64,000 bases of DNA from Nitrosopumilus sp. (GCA_965205675.1 OZ242186.1:1152001-1216000), one strand, 5' to 3'. Positions 7,404 to 18,440 are shown, numbered from the stretch's first letter. The notes: a model not told the origin generated them from the letters alone. A program made the numbers and translations.

Positions 7404-8306
7404 TTATCTACGCTTAGATTTTTTAGAGGTGGTCTTTTTCTTTGCAGGGCTCTTTTTAGAGGTGGTCTTTTTCTTTGCAGGGCTCTTTTTAGAGGTGGTC
7501 TTTTTCTTTGCAGGGCTCTTTTTAGAGGTGGTCTTTTTCTTTGCAGGGCTCTTTTTAGAGGTGGTCTTTTTCTTTGCAGGGCTCTTTTTAGAGGTGGTCT
7601 TTTTCTTTGCAGGGCTCTTTTTAGAGGTGGTCTTTTTCTTTGCGGTAATTTTTCTTCGATTTGCCAGTAATTCTTTGAGTTTAACATTAGCTTTATCTAA
7701 AGACTTTTGTGCAGATTCTTCGGTTTTGATTCGTTTTTGTAATTCTTTAAGAAATTTTTGGACAGATTTGTGATTTGCAGTTTTAGTTTCACGTAAAGAA
7801 GGCTTTGATTTAGTTTGTTTTTGGATTTTAGAGACAATTTTAGATTTAATACCAGAGAAAGCAGCGACATCGTCTGAAATCTTTTTTGCAGTTTTTTGCC
7901 TACTTTTAATTTCTTCAATTAATTCACGCACATGGTCATTTAATGAACGTAATCTAGTCTCAGCATTTTGTTTTTCTATGAAATTATCAGCAAATTCAAT
8001 TTCTTGTTCAATCTGTTCGATGGTTTCTTTTTCTCTAGCAAGTCGTTCTTCTGCTGTAGTAACTAGTCTTCCAATACTCTCCAATTGGGAATTTTTCCTA
8101 TCAATAACAGTTGAGACATCAGCAGATTCCTCTTTTTCAGACTCTATTTTTTTATCAAGCAAGTGTAAACCAGAAGAAGAGTGTTTTTCAGCAGAACGGA
8201 ATTCTTTAATTTGTTCTTCAGCTTTTTTACGTAGTTTAGTTGCTTCTTGTTTCTTTTGTCGTAGTTGAACTACTATTTTTTCTAATGATGCCAATGATTG
8301 TATCAA
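7404..8306 (-). CDS. Long coiled-coil protein with a histone-H1-like Lys/Thr/Ser/Pro/Ala tail
   Basis: About 220-aa charged coiled coil followed by (AKKKTTSKKSP)x6 + AKKKTTSKKSKRR; start may be TTG 8294 (MASLEK). Confidence 0.85.
   Translation of the reverse strand: MIQSLASLEKIVVQLRQKKQEATKLRKKAEEQIKEFRSAEKHSSSGLHLLDKKIESEKEESADVSTVIDRKNSQLESIGRLVTTAEERLAREKETIEQIEQEIEFADNFIEKQNAETRLRSLNDHVRELIEEIKSRQKTAKKISDDVAAFSGIKSKIVSKIQKQTKSKPSLRETKTANHKSVQKFLKELQKRIKTEESAQKSLDKANVKLKELLANRRKITAKKKTTSKKSPAKKKTTSKKSPAKKKTTSKKSPAKKKTTSKKSPAKKKTTSKKSPAKKKTTSKKSPAKKKTTSKKSKRR
7420..7643. repeat. Perfect 33-bp tandem repeat, 6 full copies + 26 nt
   Basis: Unit TTTTTAGAGGTGGTCTTTTTCTTTGCAGGGCTC, no mismatches seen, no spacers. 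Confidence 0.97.
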
Positions 8307-8430
8307 GATAAAAGAGTCGGTTAAGTTATGGACATAATCAGGATTTGACTTTCAAGTTAAGAAAATTAACTTAATTTGATCGCTAAAACGATTTTTTAAA
8401 AAATATTAGTTAAAAGAAATTACAATTATC

Positions 8431-8742
8431 ATGGAATTTCATCCAAAAGATTTACCAATAGAAAAAACATATGATCTAAAAAATGAGAAAGAAGCAATTA
8501 TTGCAATTGATGATATGGTAAAACTAGGATTTAAAGGAAAAAAAGAAGGATACAGAGTGTTAATGCCAAAAGAATCAAAAATTGCCAAAAGAATTGGTTA
8601 TTCTGTAACAACAGGAATAACAACAGGGCTCAGACAAAAAAATGAAGATCGAGATATAAAATATTGGACATATCATCATGATGAGGATCATTATGCAATA
8701 GTGCTGATTCATAGAGAAGGGTTAGCAGAATTAGGTTTTTGA
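8431..8742 (+). CDS. Conserved hypothetical protein
   Basis: 103-aa ORF with host-like codon use, convergent with PAP2. Confidence 0.75.
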   Translation: MEFHPKDLPIEKTYDLKNEKEAIIAIDDMVKLGFKGKKEGYRVLMPKESKIAKRIGYSVTTGITTGLRQKNEDRDIKYWTYHHDEDHYAIVLIHREGLAELGF

Positions 8743-9399
8743 TTTATTAAAAATTTTGTAGAGTTTGGTCCTACTGGCCATGACACCAGATAGCATTACT
8801 CCAATTATAGAACCTCCAATCACATCCATCGGATAGTGCTCTAAAACATAGAGTCTGCTAATAGAAATTAGAACAGGATACAAAAACATCAGATATGCCC
8901 CACGTGGGAATCTCTCAGATAATGCATATCCCAGAATAATTGCAAAAATCATTGATCTGGCGGCATGGCCAGAAGGATATGATGCATCATAACCGCCCTC
9001 ACAAAACAAAGCAAAAGTATCTTTACTCACAGGTACAGGAAATTGGGCAGAGGCATATTCAAAATCAGGTCTGTCTCTATCAACTCCGCATTTCACATAA
9101 CCTGTAAGAAGTGTAGAAATTACAATCAGAATCATCAATGTAACTCCAACTCTACGAGTTTTTGGAATAATTAAAACTAAAATTGCAAAACCCAACATCC
9201 ACAAAGCCTCACCACTTTCAGTGACGGATTGCATTATGAAATCTAAAGAGGAGTTTCCCACATTTTCAGAGAAAAATAAAATTATGTTTTGATCAAAGCT
9301 TTCAGTAATTCCTAAATACACAATTGCAGTAAGTATTAGAAAGGAAATTGTGAGTAAGACAAAAGAACGGGAACGAATATCAAAAATCCAATTTTGCAA
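8731..9399 (-). CDS. PAP2-family membrane phosphatase
   Basis: K-x6-RP, YPSGHA and SRLYVLEHYPMDV motifs. Confidence 0.9.
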   Translation of the reverse strand: MQNWIFDIRSRSFVLLTISFLILTAIVYLGITESFDQNIILFFSENVGNSSLDFIMQSVTESGEALWMLGFAILVLIIPKTRRVGVTLMILIVISTLLTGYVKCGVDRDRPDFEYASAQFPVPVSKDTFALFCEGGYDASYPSGHAARSMIFAIILGYALSERFPRGAYLMFLYPVLISISRLYVLEHYPMDVIGGSIIGVMLSGVMASRTKLYKIFNKSKT

Positions 9400-9512
9400 T
9401 TACTAAAACCTCAATCACGGGTCTTTTAATTTTTGTTAATAAATAAATTTTAAAATAAAGAAAATATTTCTGATCGGCTAAAGAATTTAACCAAGGGGAC
9501 AATAGACAAGTC

Positions 9513-10721
9513 GTGAAGGTACTCACATTAGATGATTTTGACCTAAAAGGCAAGACTGTTTTTTTGAGAGTGGATATGAACTGTCCAATAGATCCGGAAA
9601 CTTTAGAAATTTCAGGAACTAAAAGAATCGAAGAGGCAATTAGAACTCTTGATTCATTAAAAGACGCCAAAGTGGTCATAGGATCACATCAAGGAAGAGT
9701 TGGAAATAATGAATATACAGGCATGGACAAACATGCAAAAGTTTTAGAAAAATTAATGAATAGAAAAATAAAATATGTTGAAGATACTATTGGAGAAGCA
9801 GCACAAAATGCAATTAAGAAGTTAGAACAAGGAGAAATTTTACTTTTAGATAATCTCAGATTATGTGCAGAAGAAAATTACGAGTTTACACCAGAGAATG
9901 CAGCTAAAACAATCATGGTTTCACGTTTATCTAAATTATTTGATCTTTGTGTATTAGATTCATTTCCTAGTGCACATAGATCACACCCATCAATAGTAGG
10001 ATTTCCACAAGTTCTTCCAGCATGTGCAGGAAAAATTGTTGAAAGAGAGGTAAGAAATCTAGATGAAATTATGACAGTGGCCAAAGCACCTCATGTTATC
10101 GTCCTAGGAGGTTCAAAAATTCCAGACAGATTGGAGGCAATAAAATTATTGATTCAGAACGGACGTGCAGATCATGTTTTGCTAACAGGGTTAATTGGCA
10201 ATGTGTTCATGCGAGCACAAGCAAGAATCAAGTCACCTATGGGAATAAAACGAGAAGAAGAAGGAGTAGCAAAGGCACATACATTAATTGGAGAATATCC
10301 AGATGTTTTTGCAACACCAGTAGATATTGCAATTGACAAAGACGGAGAAAGAGTCGAGATGGAGGTAAGAGAGATGGGCAAAGGAGATAAAATATTTGAT
10401 TTAGGACCAAAGACAGTAGAATACTATTCAAAATTAATTGCAGGGGCAGGTACTGTATTTATTAGCGGACCTGCAGGATTTTTTGAAAAAGAAAATTTTA
10501 GTTATGGAACAAAGGCATTGCTAAACTCAGTTGCAAATTCAATGGCAACAACAATTGTAAGTGGAGGTCATTTAACTACCGCATTAAAACAACAAGGATT
10601 AGCAGATAAAATCAATCATATCAGTACCGCAGGGGGGGCATTGGTACTTTATCTAACAGGAGAAAAGCTACCAATGATGAAAGCATTAGAAGACGCTGCA
10701 AAAAAATACAAATCTAAATAA
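9513..10721 (+). CDS. pgk: Phosphoglycerate kinase
   Basis: RVDMNCP, SHQGR, DLGPKT and HISTAGGA motifs. Confidence 0.97.
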   Translation: MKVLTLDDFDLKGKTVFLRVDMNCPIDPETLEISGTKRIEEAIRTLDSLKDAKVVIGSHQGRVGNNEYTGMDKHAKVLEKLMNRKIKYVEDTIGEAAQNAIKKLEQGEILLLDNLRLCAEENYEFTPENAAKTIMVSRLSKLFDLCVLDSFPSAHRSHPSIVGFPQVLPACAGKIVEREVRNLDEIMTVAKAPHVIVLGGSKIPDRLEAIKLLIQNGRADHVLLTGLIGNVFMRAQARIKSPMGIKREEEGVAKAHTLIGEYPDVFATPVDIAIDKDGERVEMEVREMGKGDKIFDLGPKTVEYYSKLIAGAGTVFISGPAGFFEKENFSYGTKALLNSVANSMATTIVSGGHLTTALKQQGLADKINHISTAGGALVLYLTGEKLPMMKALEDAAKKYKSK

Positions 10722-11061
10722 AAGATTTGCAAGAAGGGTCAGGACATCTTTTTTCTTCAAAAGGCGCCAAATAGATATCATGATCACATTTAGGACAATG
10801 AGACTTTTCCAACGGATCAAATAATTTCAAATATATTGTGGTGAAATTTTGGGCAATACTTCTTGCAAGACCTGAATCACATAAAGCAGTAAAAAAAGAT
10901 TCAATATCATCAATTATCCAAGAAGGATCAAGATCACCATTTGTTTTTATGATTTTAAAAATATCATCATTTGTAAAATTAATATCAACATCATTAAATT
11001 TTTCAAAGATAATTTTTCTAATTTGAAGTTCAATTGGAACTGTAGGAATAAAATCACCCAT
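10714..11061 (-). CDS. Hypothetical wHTH + Zn-ribbon protein
   Basis: C-terminal CPKC...CPDPSC; cotranscribed downstream of sufU. Confidence 0.75.
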   Translation of the reverse strand: MGDFIPTVPIELQIRKIIFEKFNDVDINFTNDDIFKIIKTNGDLDPSWIIDDIESFFTALCDSGLARSIAQNFTTIYLKLFDPLEKSHCPKCDHDIYLAPFEEKRCPDPSCKSFI

Positions 11062-11062
11062 G

Positions 11063-11506
11063 TTAGTACAGATTTTCTGCCTCTTCTTTTAGTTTGTCCA
11101 CACCTTCAAAATCCTTTAGATTTTTACCGATGTAGGTATAAAGAGCAGATTTGAGTACTTTAAGAGAAAGCAATGCACACTTTATTCGTACAGCTTGCAG
11201 GTGTTCAAGGCCTAATTCACTTAGAATATCACTTTTTTCAATTGCACGGGCCTCTTCAATACTCTTACCTTTTGTAATTTCAGTCAAAACTGAAGAGCAT
11301 GCCATGCAGATTGCACATCCTTTTCCATGAAATTTAATATCGGCGACTTTATTTTCATTAATTTTCATATCAATGTCAATACTATCCCCACATAATGGAT
11401 TAGAGTCATGAAATGTTACATCATGATTTTCAATCTCTCCATAATTGATTGGATTTCTTGAATAATCAACAATCATTTCATGATAAATGTCTGCATTACT
11501 ACTCAT
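11063..11506 (-). CDS. sufU: Fe-S scaffold SufU/NifU-like
   Basis: NPLCGD, GCAIC and RIKCALL motifs. Confidence 0.93.
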   Translation of the reverse strand: MSSNADIYHEMIVDYSRNPINYGEIENHDVTFHDSNPLCGDSIDIDMKINENKVADIKFHGKGCAICMACSSVLTEITKGKSIEEARAIEKSDILSELGLEHLQAVRIKCALLSLKVLKSALYTYIGKNLKDFEGVDKLKEEAENLY

Positions 11507-12747
11507 AATTTGAACACCTTTGCCACAATATTTAATGAATTTACCAGAATATCAATGTCTTGTTTAGTATTGTAAATGTAAAAGCTAGCTCTAGATGTAG
11601 CTGCAACGTTTAGTCGTTCCATTAACACCTGTGCACAATGATGCCCAGATCGAACTGCAATTCCTTCCTCATCAATAATTTGTGCAACATCATGAGGATG
11701 AACATCTGCAAAATTAAATGAGATGACCCCTCCGCGTTTTGAAATATCTTTTGTTCCGTAGATACAAAGTCCTTTAACTGCAGATAATTTTTCCATAGCA
11801 TATTTTGTTAATTTAATCTCATGTTCTCTTACATTATCCATTCCAATTTTTGTTAGATAGTCTATTGCAGCACCCAACCCCACAACATCAGCAATGTTAG
11901 GAGTGCCTGCTTCAAATTTGTAAGGTAAATCATTCCAAGTAGTCTCATACTTGTGAACTTCACGAATCATATCGCCACCACCATGAAATGGACTCATAGT
12001 TTCTAGTATAGATTTTCTTACCCATAAGACTCCAATCCCAGTAGGGCCAAGCATCTTATGCCCAGAAAATGCAAAAAAGTCACATCCCAATTGTTGAAGA
12101 TCAACTTTCATGTGAGGCACGGCTTGTGCCCCATCAATTAATGTAGGAATGCCTAGAGATTTACATTTTTCAATAATTTTTTCAGCGTTAGTGATAGTTC
12201 CAAGAACATTTGACATTAGACTAAAAGTTACAAGTTTGACTTTGCCTGTTTTCAGATAGTTCTCAAGATCGTCTAAATTCAGTTCGCCATTATCATCCAT
12301 TCCAATATATTCTAATTTTGCACGTTTCTCTTGAGTGAGAAGTTGCCAGGGTACAATATTGCTATGATGTTCATATTCAGTTGTAACAATAATGTCACCT
12401 TCTTTGATATGAGGTCTGCCCCACGCATACGCAATTAGATTTATTGCCTCAGTAGTACCCCTAACAAAAATAATTTCTTGGCGATTTGTTATGTTAATAA
12501 AATTTGCAATCTTATCTCTTGTCGCCTCATATGCCTCAGTGGCTTCTTCAGCTAGGGCATAGACTGCTCTATGGATATTTGCATTATGGTTTTGATAATA
12601 ATCAGTGATAGAATCAATTACCTGATTTGGTTTTTGTGTAGTAGATGCATTATCAAGATAAACAAGAGGTTTGTTATCTCTAACAGTTCTTTTTAGAATT
12701 GGAAAATCATTTCTAATATTTTCAAATAATGATTCTATACTTTGCAT
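11503..12747 (-). CDS. sufS: Cysteine desulfurase
   Basis: YLDNASTTQKP, SGHKMLGPTG and RSGHHCA motifs. Confidence 0.97.
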   Translation of the reverse strand: MQSIESLFENIRNDFPILKRTVRDNKPLVYLDNASTTQKPNQVIDSITDYYQNHNANIHRAVYALAEEATEAYEATRDKIANFINITNRQEIIFVRGTTEAINLIAYAWGRPHIKEGDIIVTTEYEHHSNIVPWQLLTQEKRAKLEYIGMDDNGELNLDDLENYLKTGKVKLVTFSLMSNVLGTITNAEKIIEKCKSLGIPTLIDGAQAVPHMKVDLQQLGCDFFAFSGHKMLGPTGIGVLWVRKSILETMSPFHGGGDMIREVHKYETTWNDLPYKFEAGTPNIADVVGLGAAIDYLTKIGMDNVREHEIKLTKYAMEKLSAVKGLCIYGTKDISKRGGVISFNFADVHPHDVAQIIDEEGIAVRSGHHCAQVLMERLNVAATSRASFYIYNTKQDIDILVNSLNIVAKVFKL

Positions 12748-12750
12748 ATC

Positions 12751-13059
12751 TTAAAGCTCGACGTAAATTTCACTGGCGTTTATTTTAACATTGTATATTT
12801 TAAGAGGGGTTTCAGCAGGGAGATTTTGAGGTTCGCCATTTACCAGATTAAAAACAGACAGATGCAAGGGGCACCTTACACCTTCATCAGTGAGAAAACC
12901 AGTAGAAAGATCAGCATCAGCATGAGTACATATCAAATCAGTTGCATGAATTTTACCCTTGATATTAGCAATGAGGAGTTTTTTATCTTCATGTATAAAT
13001 CCAAAAAGTTGTCCCTCTTTTACCTGCTCCATACTGCAAGCCTTAATCCATTCAGACAA
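12751..13059 (-). CDS. Rieske-type ferredoxin
   Basis: CTH...CPLH; likely start TTG at 13059 (MSEWIKAC), just after the sufD stop. Confidence 0.9.
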   Translation of the reverse strand: MSEWIKACSMEQVKEGQLFGFIHEDKKLLIANIKGKIHATDLICTHADADLSTGFLTDEGVRCPLHLSVFNLVNGEPQNLPAETPLKIYNVKINASEIYVEL

Positions 13060-13063
13060 AATA

Positions 13064-14464
13064 TCACCGATACTTGTAGTGTTGTTCCATTTCAGAGTCC
13101 TCATTATAACGAGTCTCTTCAATTTCAACAAATTTGGCTAATTCCTCATCAGTGTTAATTGTAAGTTCTTTGTCATCCCATTTGGATTCAATAAGATATG
13201 CAATCCATGCCCTTACTTGAAAGGACATTTTTCTTGATAGAGGTTCCAAAAATCCTTCAACAATTGTCCTTTCAGCCTCTTCATGACTAAGACATCTACT
13301 TTTCAAATAGAAAATTTGTTCTTCATCAATTTGTGCAACAGATGCAGAGTGAGTAGCTTTTACATCATTAGTAAAGATCTCCAATCCAGGTATTGCATCA
13401 GATTTTGCATCTTTATCCAAGAGGATTGAACGACCAGACAAAAATGAATTTGATTTTGTAGCATTTTCTTTGATTCTAATCATTCCTTTGAAAAGAGATT
13501 TTGATTTATTTCTAAGAATGGACTTTTCAACAACTCGTCCTTCAGTTGCAGGACTTTCATGATTTACATTAGTTTGAATATCAAATGATTGTTCATTGTT
13601 TCCAAATATTACTTCAGAATCATTACAGGATGCACCAGTGCCATTTAAAAAATATTCAATTTTGTATCTAGATAATATCGAGCCAAACAATCCAGAATAC
13701 CAATTTATTTTGGCATCTTGAGCTAAATCAGTGCGTCTTGTTGAAAATGCTACTGCATGTTGGTCAATCATTTGTAAAGTTGTAACATCTAATTGTGCAT
13801 TTGCTCCAAGAGTAGTGTTCATTAATTCAAGATATGCCTGTTGGGTTTGAATATCAGGAGAGTATAATTCTTGGACAATAGTAGCTTTACTATTTTCATC
13901 TGCAAAGATCACATTTCTAGAAATTGTAGAGTGACCATCCTCAGAAAGACAAATCAAGAAATGGATTGGTTTGTCAATAATCAAATTACGAGGAATGCGA
14001 AGGAATATGCCAGAGTTAAAGGCAGCATTGTTTAATGCAGTAAATTTATCATCTTCAGATTTGGAAGCATCTAGTGCCTTTTTGACCAACTCGGGGTTAT
14101 TTTCTATTGCATCAGAAAGAGAAGAAAGCACAAGCCCTTTTGATTTCAAATCATCAGGAAGATGAATTTTGTGAATATTTGTTCCAATTTGGATAATACA
14201 TATTTCATTTTCTAGTTCTCCTAATCGTTTTTTAAGAAAACTAGGTACTGTTTGAGCAGTAGAGGTAGACAAGGATATTTTTTCTGGATCCATTTTTTTT
14301 GCATCAGTGTATTTGTTGTAAAGTGGAGATAATTCAATTGGTAAACGATCATAGATAGATAATGAATTTTTTCTATAATCTTTGAGCCAATCAGGTTCAT
14401 TTCTAGATGAAGAGAGTTCATCAACGATACTTGCGTTGAGTTTTGAGAGAATTTCTTGAGACAT
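13064..14464 (-). CDS. sufD: Fe-S assembly protein SufD
   Basis: FTALNNA, PGLEIFTNDVKATHSASV and IFYLKSR motifs. Confidence 0.93.
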   Translation of the reverse strand: MSQEILSKLNASIVDELSSSRNEPDWLKDYRKNSLSIYDRLPIELSPLYNKYTDAKKMDPEKISLSTSTAQTVPSFLKKRLGELENEICIIQIGTNIHKIHLPDDLKSKGLVLSSLSDAIENNPELVKKALDASKSEDDKFTALNNAAFNSGIFLRIPRNLIIDKPIHFLICLSEDGHSTISRNVIFADENSKATIVQELYSPDIQTQQAYLELMNTTLGANAQLDVTTLQMIDQHAVAFSTRRTDLAQDAKINWYSGLFGSILSRYKIEYFLNGTGASCNDSEVIFGNNEQSFDIQTNVNHESPATEGRVVEKSILRNKSKSLFKGMIRIKENATKSNSFLSGRSILLDKDAKSDAIPGLEIFTNDVKATHSASVAQIDEEQIFYLKSRCLSHEEAERTIVEGFLEPLSRKMSFQVRAWIAYLIESKWDDKELTINTDEELAKFVEIEETRYNEDSEMEQHYKYR

Positions 14465-14491
14465 GATTAATCAGAATTAGGTATTGGGAGT

Positions 14492-15892
14492 TTATCCCAC
14501 TGAATCATCCATCTCTAGTTTGATGAGTCTGTTTAATTCAACAGCATATTCCATTGGCAATTCTTTTGTGAATGGTTCCATGAAACCATTAACAATCAGA
14601 GATAAGGCTTCCTCTTCATCAAATCCTCTACTCATAAGATAGAAAATTTGTTCATCACCAATTTTTCCTACAGTTGCTTCGTGAGTGATTGTTGCATCTT
14701 CTTGATTGATTTCCATATAGGGATAGGTATCAGTTTTAGAAGTATCGTCTAAAAGCAATGCATCGCATCGGACAGTAGATTTTACACCAGTTGCACCTTT
14801 TGCAACATTTAACATTCCTCTATAAGTGGAGCGACCATCTAATCTACTAACAGATTTTGATGTAACTTTGGAAGTCGTATTTGGTGCCAAATGAACCATC
14901 TTTGCGCCTGTATCTTGATGTTGTCCTTTACCAGCAAATGCAATAGATAGTGTTTCACCATATGCTCTCTCACCCATAAGATAAACTCCAGGATATTTCA
15001 TAGTTAATTTACTACCAATATTTCCATCAATCCACTCAACTGTTGCGCCCTCATATGCATAAGCACGTTTGGTTACAAGATTGTAAACATCAGCACTCCA
15101 GTTTTGGATTGTTGTGTATCTTAATTTTGCATCTTTGTGTGCAACTAATTCTACAACCGCAGAATGTAATGATTCTGAAGAATAAACCGGAGCAGTACAT
15201 CCTTCAATGTAGTGTACTTCTGCACCTTCATCTACAATTATCAGCGTTCTTTCAAATTGACCAATATTTTCTGCGTTAATTCTAAAGTATGCTTGTAGAG
15301 GCATGTCAACTTTGACACCTGGTGGAACATAGATAAAGGAACCGCCACTCCAAACAGCACTGTTTAATGCTGCAAATTTGTTATCCTCTGGAGGAATAAT
15401 TTTGCCAAAATATTTTTTGAATAATTCTGGATGTTCATTGAGTGCTGCATCAGTATCTAAAAAGAGAACACCTTGTTTTGCCAAATCTTCTCTCAAGCTA
15501 TGATATACAACTTCAGATTCATATTGTGCACCAACACCTGCCAGGAATTTCTTTTCAGCTTCTGGAATTCCTAGTTTATCAAATGTGTTTTTGACATTTT
15601 CTGGAACATCATCCCAATTCTTTTCGACTTTGTCAGATGCTTTTGCATAATAGTAAATATTTTGGAAATCAATTACACTAAGATCTCCACCCCAAGTTGG
15701 CATTGGTTTTTGCATAAAAATTTCAAAAGAACGTAATCTGAAATCAAGCATCCACTGGGGTTCATTTTTCATTTTACTGATACTGATTACAGTTTCCTTA
15801 GATAGACCTTTTTTACTAAGGTGGACATACAGTTCAGTAGAGTCCTTAAAATCATATTTTGAATAATCCATGTTTAGATTTTCGGCAGTCAT
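14492..15892 (-). CDS. sufB: Fe-S assembly protein SufB
   Basis: [17 protein letters not shown] and HEATVGKI motifs. Confidence 0.97.
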   Translation of the reverse strand: MTAENLNMDYSKYDFKDSTELYVHLSKKGLSKETVISISKMKNEPQWMLDFRLRSFEIFMQKPMPTWGGDLSVIDFQNIYYYAKASDKVEKNWDDVPENVKNTFDKLGIPEAEKKFLAGVGAQYESEVVYHSLREDLAKQGVLFLDTDAALNEHPELFKKYFGKIIPPEDNKFAALNSAVWSGGSFIYVPPGVKVDMPLQAYFRINAENIGQFERTLIIVDEGAEVHYIEGCTAPVYSSESLHSAVVELVAHKDAKLRYTTIQNWSADVYNLVTKRAYAYEGATVEWIDGNIGSKLTMKYPGVYLMGERAYGETLSIAFAGKGQHQDTGAKMVHLAPNTTSKVTSKSVSRLDGRSTYRGMLNVAKGATGVKSTVRCDALLLDDTSKTDTYPYMEINQEDATITHEATVGKIGDEQIFYLMSRGFDEEEALSLIVNGFMEPFTKELPMEYAVELNRLIKLEMDDSVG

Positions 15893-15970
15893 GCTCAAAA
15901 TAACCCCGTTATATTATAAATACATGAGGAAAAATAGGCAGAGCTAAATAGCTTCAGCTAAATTTCGTAC

Positions 15971-16768
15971 TTAGGCAGGCAGTATATTTTTGAGGGCATT
16001 AAAAGCACCTGCAACAGTATGAACTTTAGCAACAGTATTTTTGACTTTGAATTTTTTTAGTTCATCAGATGTAAATGGACCAATAGAAACCACAGACAGT
16101 TTTTCCAAATTAGCAATCAAAAGATCTATCGCATAATCTTTTGACATTATCTCAAAGAAACCCCTAACAGATGAGGCACTAGTAAAAATTATACCATTAA
16201 TTTTATTTTGAGAAAATAATTTACGAAATCCGTTCCATTGAGTTGTATCTCGAAATGCACATACATCATACAAATAGATCTCTACAACATGAATTCCAAT
16301 CTTGTTTAGCAGTTCTTTGAGAAGAGAGTTTGACGCACCACTACGAGGAATAATTACTTTTTTGTCGACAGCATGAATTTTGGAAAATTCTTCACCAACT
16401 CCAACTGAAGAATTATTTGTTGGTTCGTGATTTACTTTAATGCCATATGTAACCAGAGTGGACGTTGTTTTAGGACCTACAGACATTACAATAGTATTTG
16501 CAACTGCCAATTGTAATTTTTTAAAGTTTCCAACATTTTTTGCAGTATCAAAGAGTATCTTTACAGCTTTTGAGCTTAAAAATACAGAATAGTCAGGATT
16601 TTCAATTTCAAGTAAATTCAAAAATTCATCAACGATTTTTTCACCCTTACTTACAAGTTCTATCGTAGGTAATGAAATTGGAATTGCCTTATTTTCTTGT
16701 GCAAGGCAAATAAATTCAGATGCATCATCTTTTGAGCGAGTAATTGCTAAAGTTTTTCCATCAAGCAT
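15971..16768 (-). CDS. hemD: Uroporphyrinogen-III synthase
   Basis: LAITRS, VGPKT, FTSASSV and SIGPFTS motifs; in the hem operon. Confidence 0.9.
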   Translation of the reverse strand: MLDGKTLAITRSKDDASEFICLAQENKAIPISLPTIELVSKGEKIVDEFLNLLEIENPDYSVFLSSKAVKILFDTAKNVGNFKKLQLAVANTIVMSVGPKTTSTLVTYGIKVNHEPTNNSSVGVGEEFSKIHAVDKKVIIPRSGASNSLLKELLNKIGIHVVEIYLYDVCAFRDTTQWNGFRKLFSQNKINGIIFTSASSVRGFFEIMSKDYAIDLLIANLEKLSVVSIGPFTSDELKKFKVKNTVAKVHTVAGAFNALKNILPA

Positions 16769-17508
16769 TATTTCCAACCTATAGAATCAGACAAATCAAC
16801 AACATTGCCAATAATGATATTTGTGGGAGGAGTAATTTTATTTTCTTTAACTTTTTTGGCAATATTTGTAACGGTTCCTTTGATCATTTTTTGTTTGGGA
16901 GTAGTGCCATTTTGAATTACAGCCACAGGAGTTTTTTTGGCTATTCCGCCAGCGATGAGTTGTTTACAAATTACATCTATTCTTGATAGGCCCATCATAA
17001 TTACAATAGTGTCAACTGACTTTGCCAAATTTTTCCATTTGACAATTTCTTTTTTCTTTTCTGGATCTTCATGACCAGTAACAAAAACCACAGATGATGC
17101 ATGTTTTCTATGAGTTAATGGGATTCCAGCATATGTTGCAGAGCCAATCCCAGAAGTAATTCCCGGAACAATTTCATATTTTATTTTATTTTCTTTGAGA
17201 AACTCTGCTTCTTCCCCACCACGTCCAAAGATAATTGGATCACCACCTTTGAGCCTAACTATGTTTTTATGGGATTTTGCATATTGTATCATCAAATCAT
17301 TTGTTGTGTTTTGATGAGTTGTGTCATCGCCAACTCTACGACCGACATAGATTTTTTCTGTTTTTTTTGGAATCATAGAAATTATTTTTTTACTTACTAA
17401 TCTATCATACAAAACAACATCTGCTTTTCCAAGTAATTCAACTGCACGTAATGTAATTAATTTACTATCCCCAGGCCCTGCACCCACTAGATATACTTTT
17501 CCAGTCAC
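16768..17508 (-). CDS. cobA: Uroporphyrinogen-III C-methyltransferase
   Basis: VYLVGAGPGD and RLKGGDPIIFGRGGEE motifs. Confidence 0.96.
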   Translation of the reverse strand: MTGKVYLVGAGPGDSKLITLRAVELLGKADVVLYDRLVSKKIISMIPKKTEKIYVGRRVGDDTTHQNTTNDLMIQYAKSHKNIVRLKGGDPIIFGRGGEEAEFLKENKIKYEIVPGITSGIGSATYAGIPLTHRKHASSVVFVTGHEDPEKKKEIVKWKNLAKSVDTIVIMMGLSRIDVICKQLIAGGIAKKTPVAVIQNGTTPKQKMIKGTVTNIAKKVKENKITPPTNIIIGNVVDLSDSIGWK

Positions 17509-18440
17509 GTCTTATTCCATTCCTCTACTTTTTCTCTCCAATTTAATGCAAGATCATTTACTCCTTTTGTACGCAGTTCTTCTCCAACACTTTTTCCCAG
17601 AGATTTTGGATCATCTTTTTTTCCAGTTTTTGTTATCTCAAGGGATTGTTTTCCATCTACAGAAAATGCAGATACAGTTAAAGTCATATCAGAGCCATCA
17701 GATTTAGCATATGCACCCAATGGGAATCGACAACCAGAATCAACATAGTTAGAAAGAGCACGTTCAGCCTCTATCTCTAAACGAGAATTAACATCTTCAA
17801 TTTTTTTAAGCATTGAAATTGTCTTAGGATCATCTTGCCTTGCAACAATTGCAATAGCCCCTTGACCAGGGGATGGAGAAAAGTCCTTAATAGATAATGA
17901 AGTGTGCTTTATATCTACGCCCAATCTCGAGATTCCAGCTTGTGCAAGAACTATTGCATCATATTCTTCTCCAGATATTTTTCTAATTCTAGTTTCAATA
18001 TTGCCACGAATGGGTTTTACAATTACATCAGGTCTTTTTCTAGAGACCTGGACTGCACGACGCAAGGAACTAGTTCCAATTACTGAACCGTCTTTGATAT
18101 CATCTAGAGATAAACCATCTGAGGAAATGAAAACATCATTTACTGTCTCACGTTTTGGAATAGATGCCAATACCAAACTCGCATCTAGTTCAGAGGGAAC
18201 ATCCTTTAAACTGTGAACTGCAAAATGGATTTCTTTCTGAGTAACTGCTCTGTCAATTTCTTTTTCAAAAATGCCTTTTTGATCTATTGTAAATAATGGT
18301 CGAGTATCAATATCACCCTTTGTAGTAATAGTTTTAATTTCATAATCACAATCAGGATTTATTTTTTTTAATTCAGATATTACACAATTAGTCTGTGCTA
18401 TAGATAGTTGACTTGCTCTAGCACCTACTATATACTTCAA
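17505..18440 (-). CDS. hemC: Hydroxymethylbilane synthase
   Basis: AVHSLKDVP, GTSSLRR, RGNIETR and GCRFPLG motifs. Confidence 0.96.
   Translation of the reverse strand: MKYIVGARASQLSIAQTNCVISELKKINPDCDYEIKTITTKGDIDTRPLFTIDQKGIFEKEIDRAVTQKEIHFAVHSLKDVPSELDASLVLASIPKRETVNDVFISSDGLSLDDIKDGSVIGTSSLRRAVQVSRKRPDVIVKPIRGNIETRIRKISGEEYDAIVLAQAGISRLGVDIKHTSLSIKDFSPSPGQGAIAIVARQDDPKTISMLKKIEDVNSRLEIEAERALSNYVDSGCRFPLGAYAKSDGSDMTLTVSAFSVDGKQSLEITKTGKKDDPKSLGKSVGEELRTKGVNDLALNWREKVEEWNKT

Noticed and set aside
7420-7643. 33-bp repeats as a possible CRISPR array
   Set aside because: Units are contiguous with no spacers, lie in frame within a CDS, and no cas genes are nearby.
7304-7773. Alternative-frame repeat ORFs (QRKRPPLKRAL)n and (FLEVVFFFAGL)n
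   Set aside because: They are by-products of a stop-free 33-bp repeat; only the 7404-8306 frame continues into a long natural protein.
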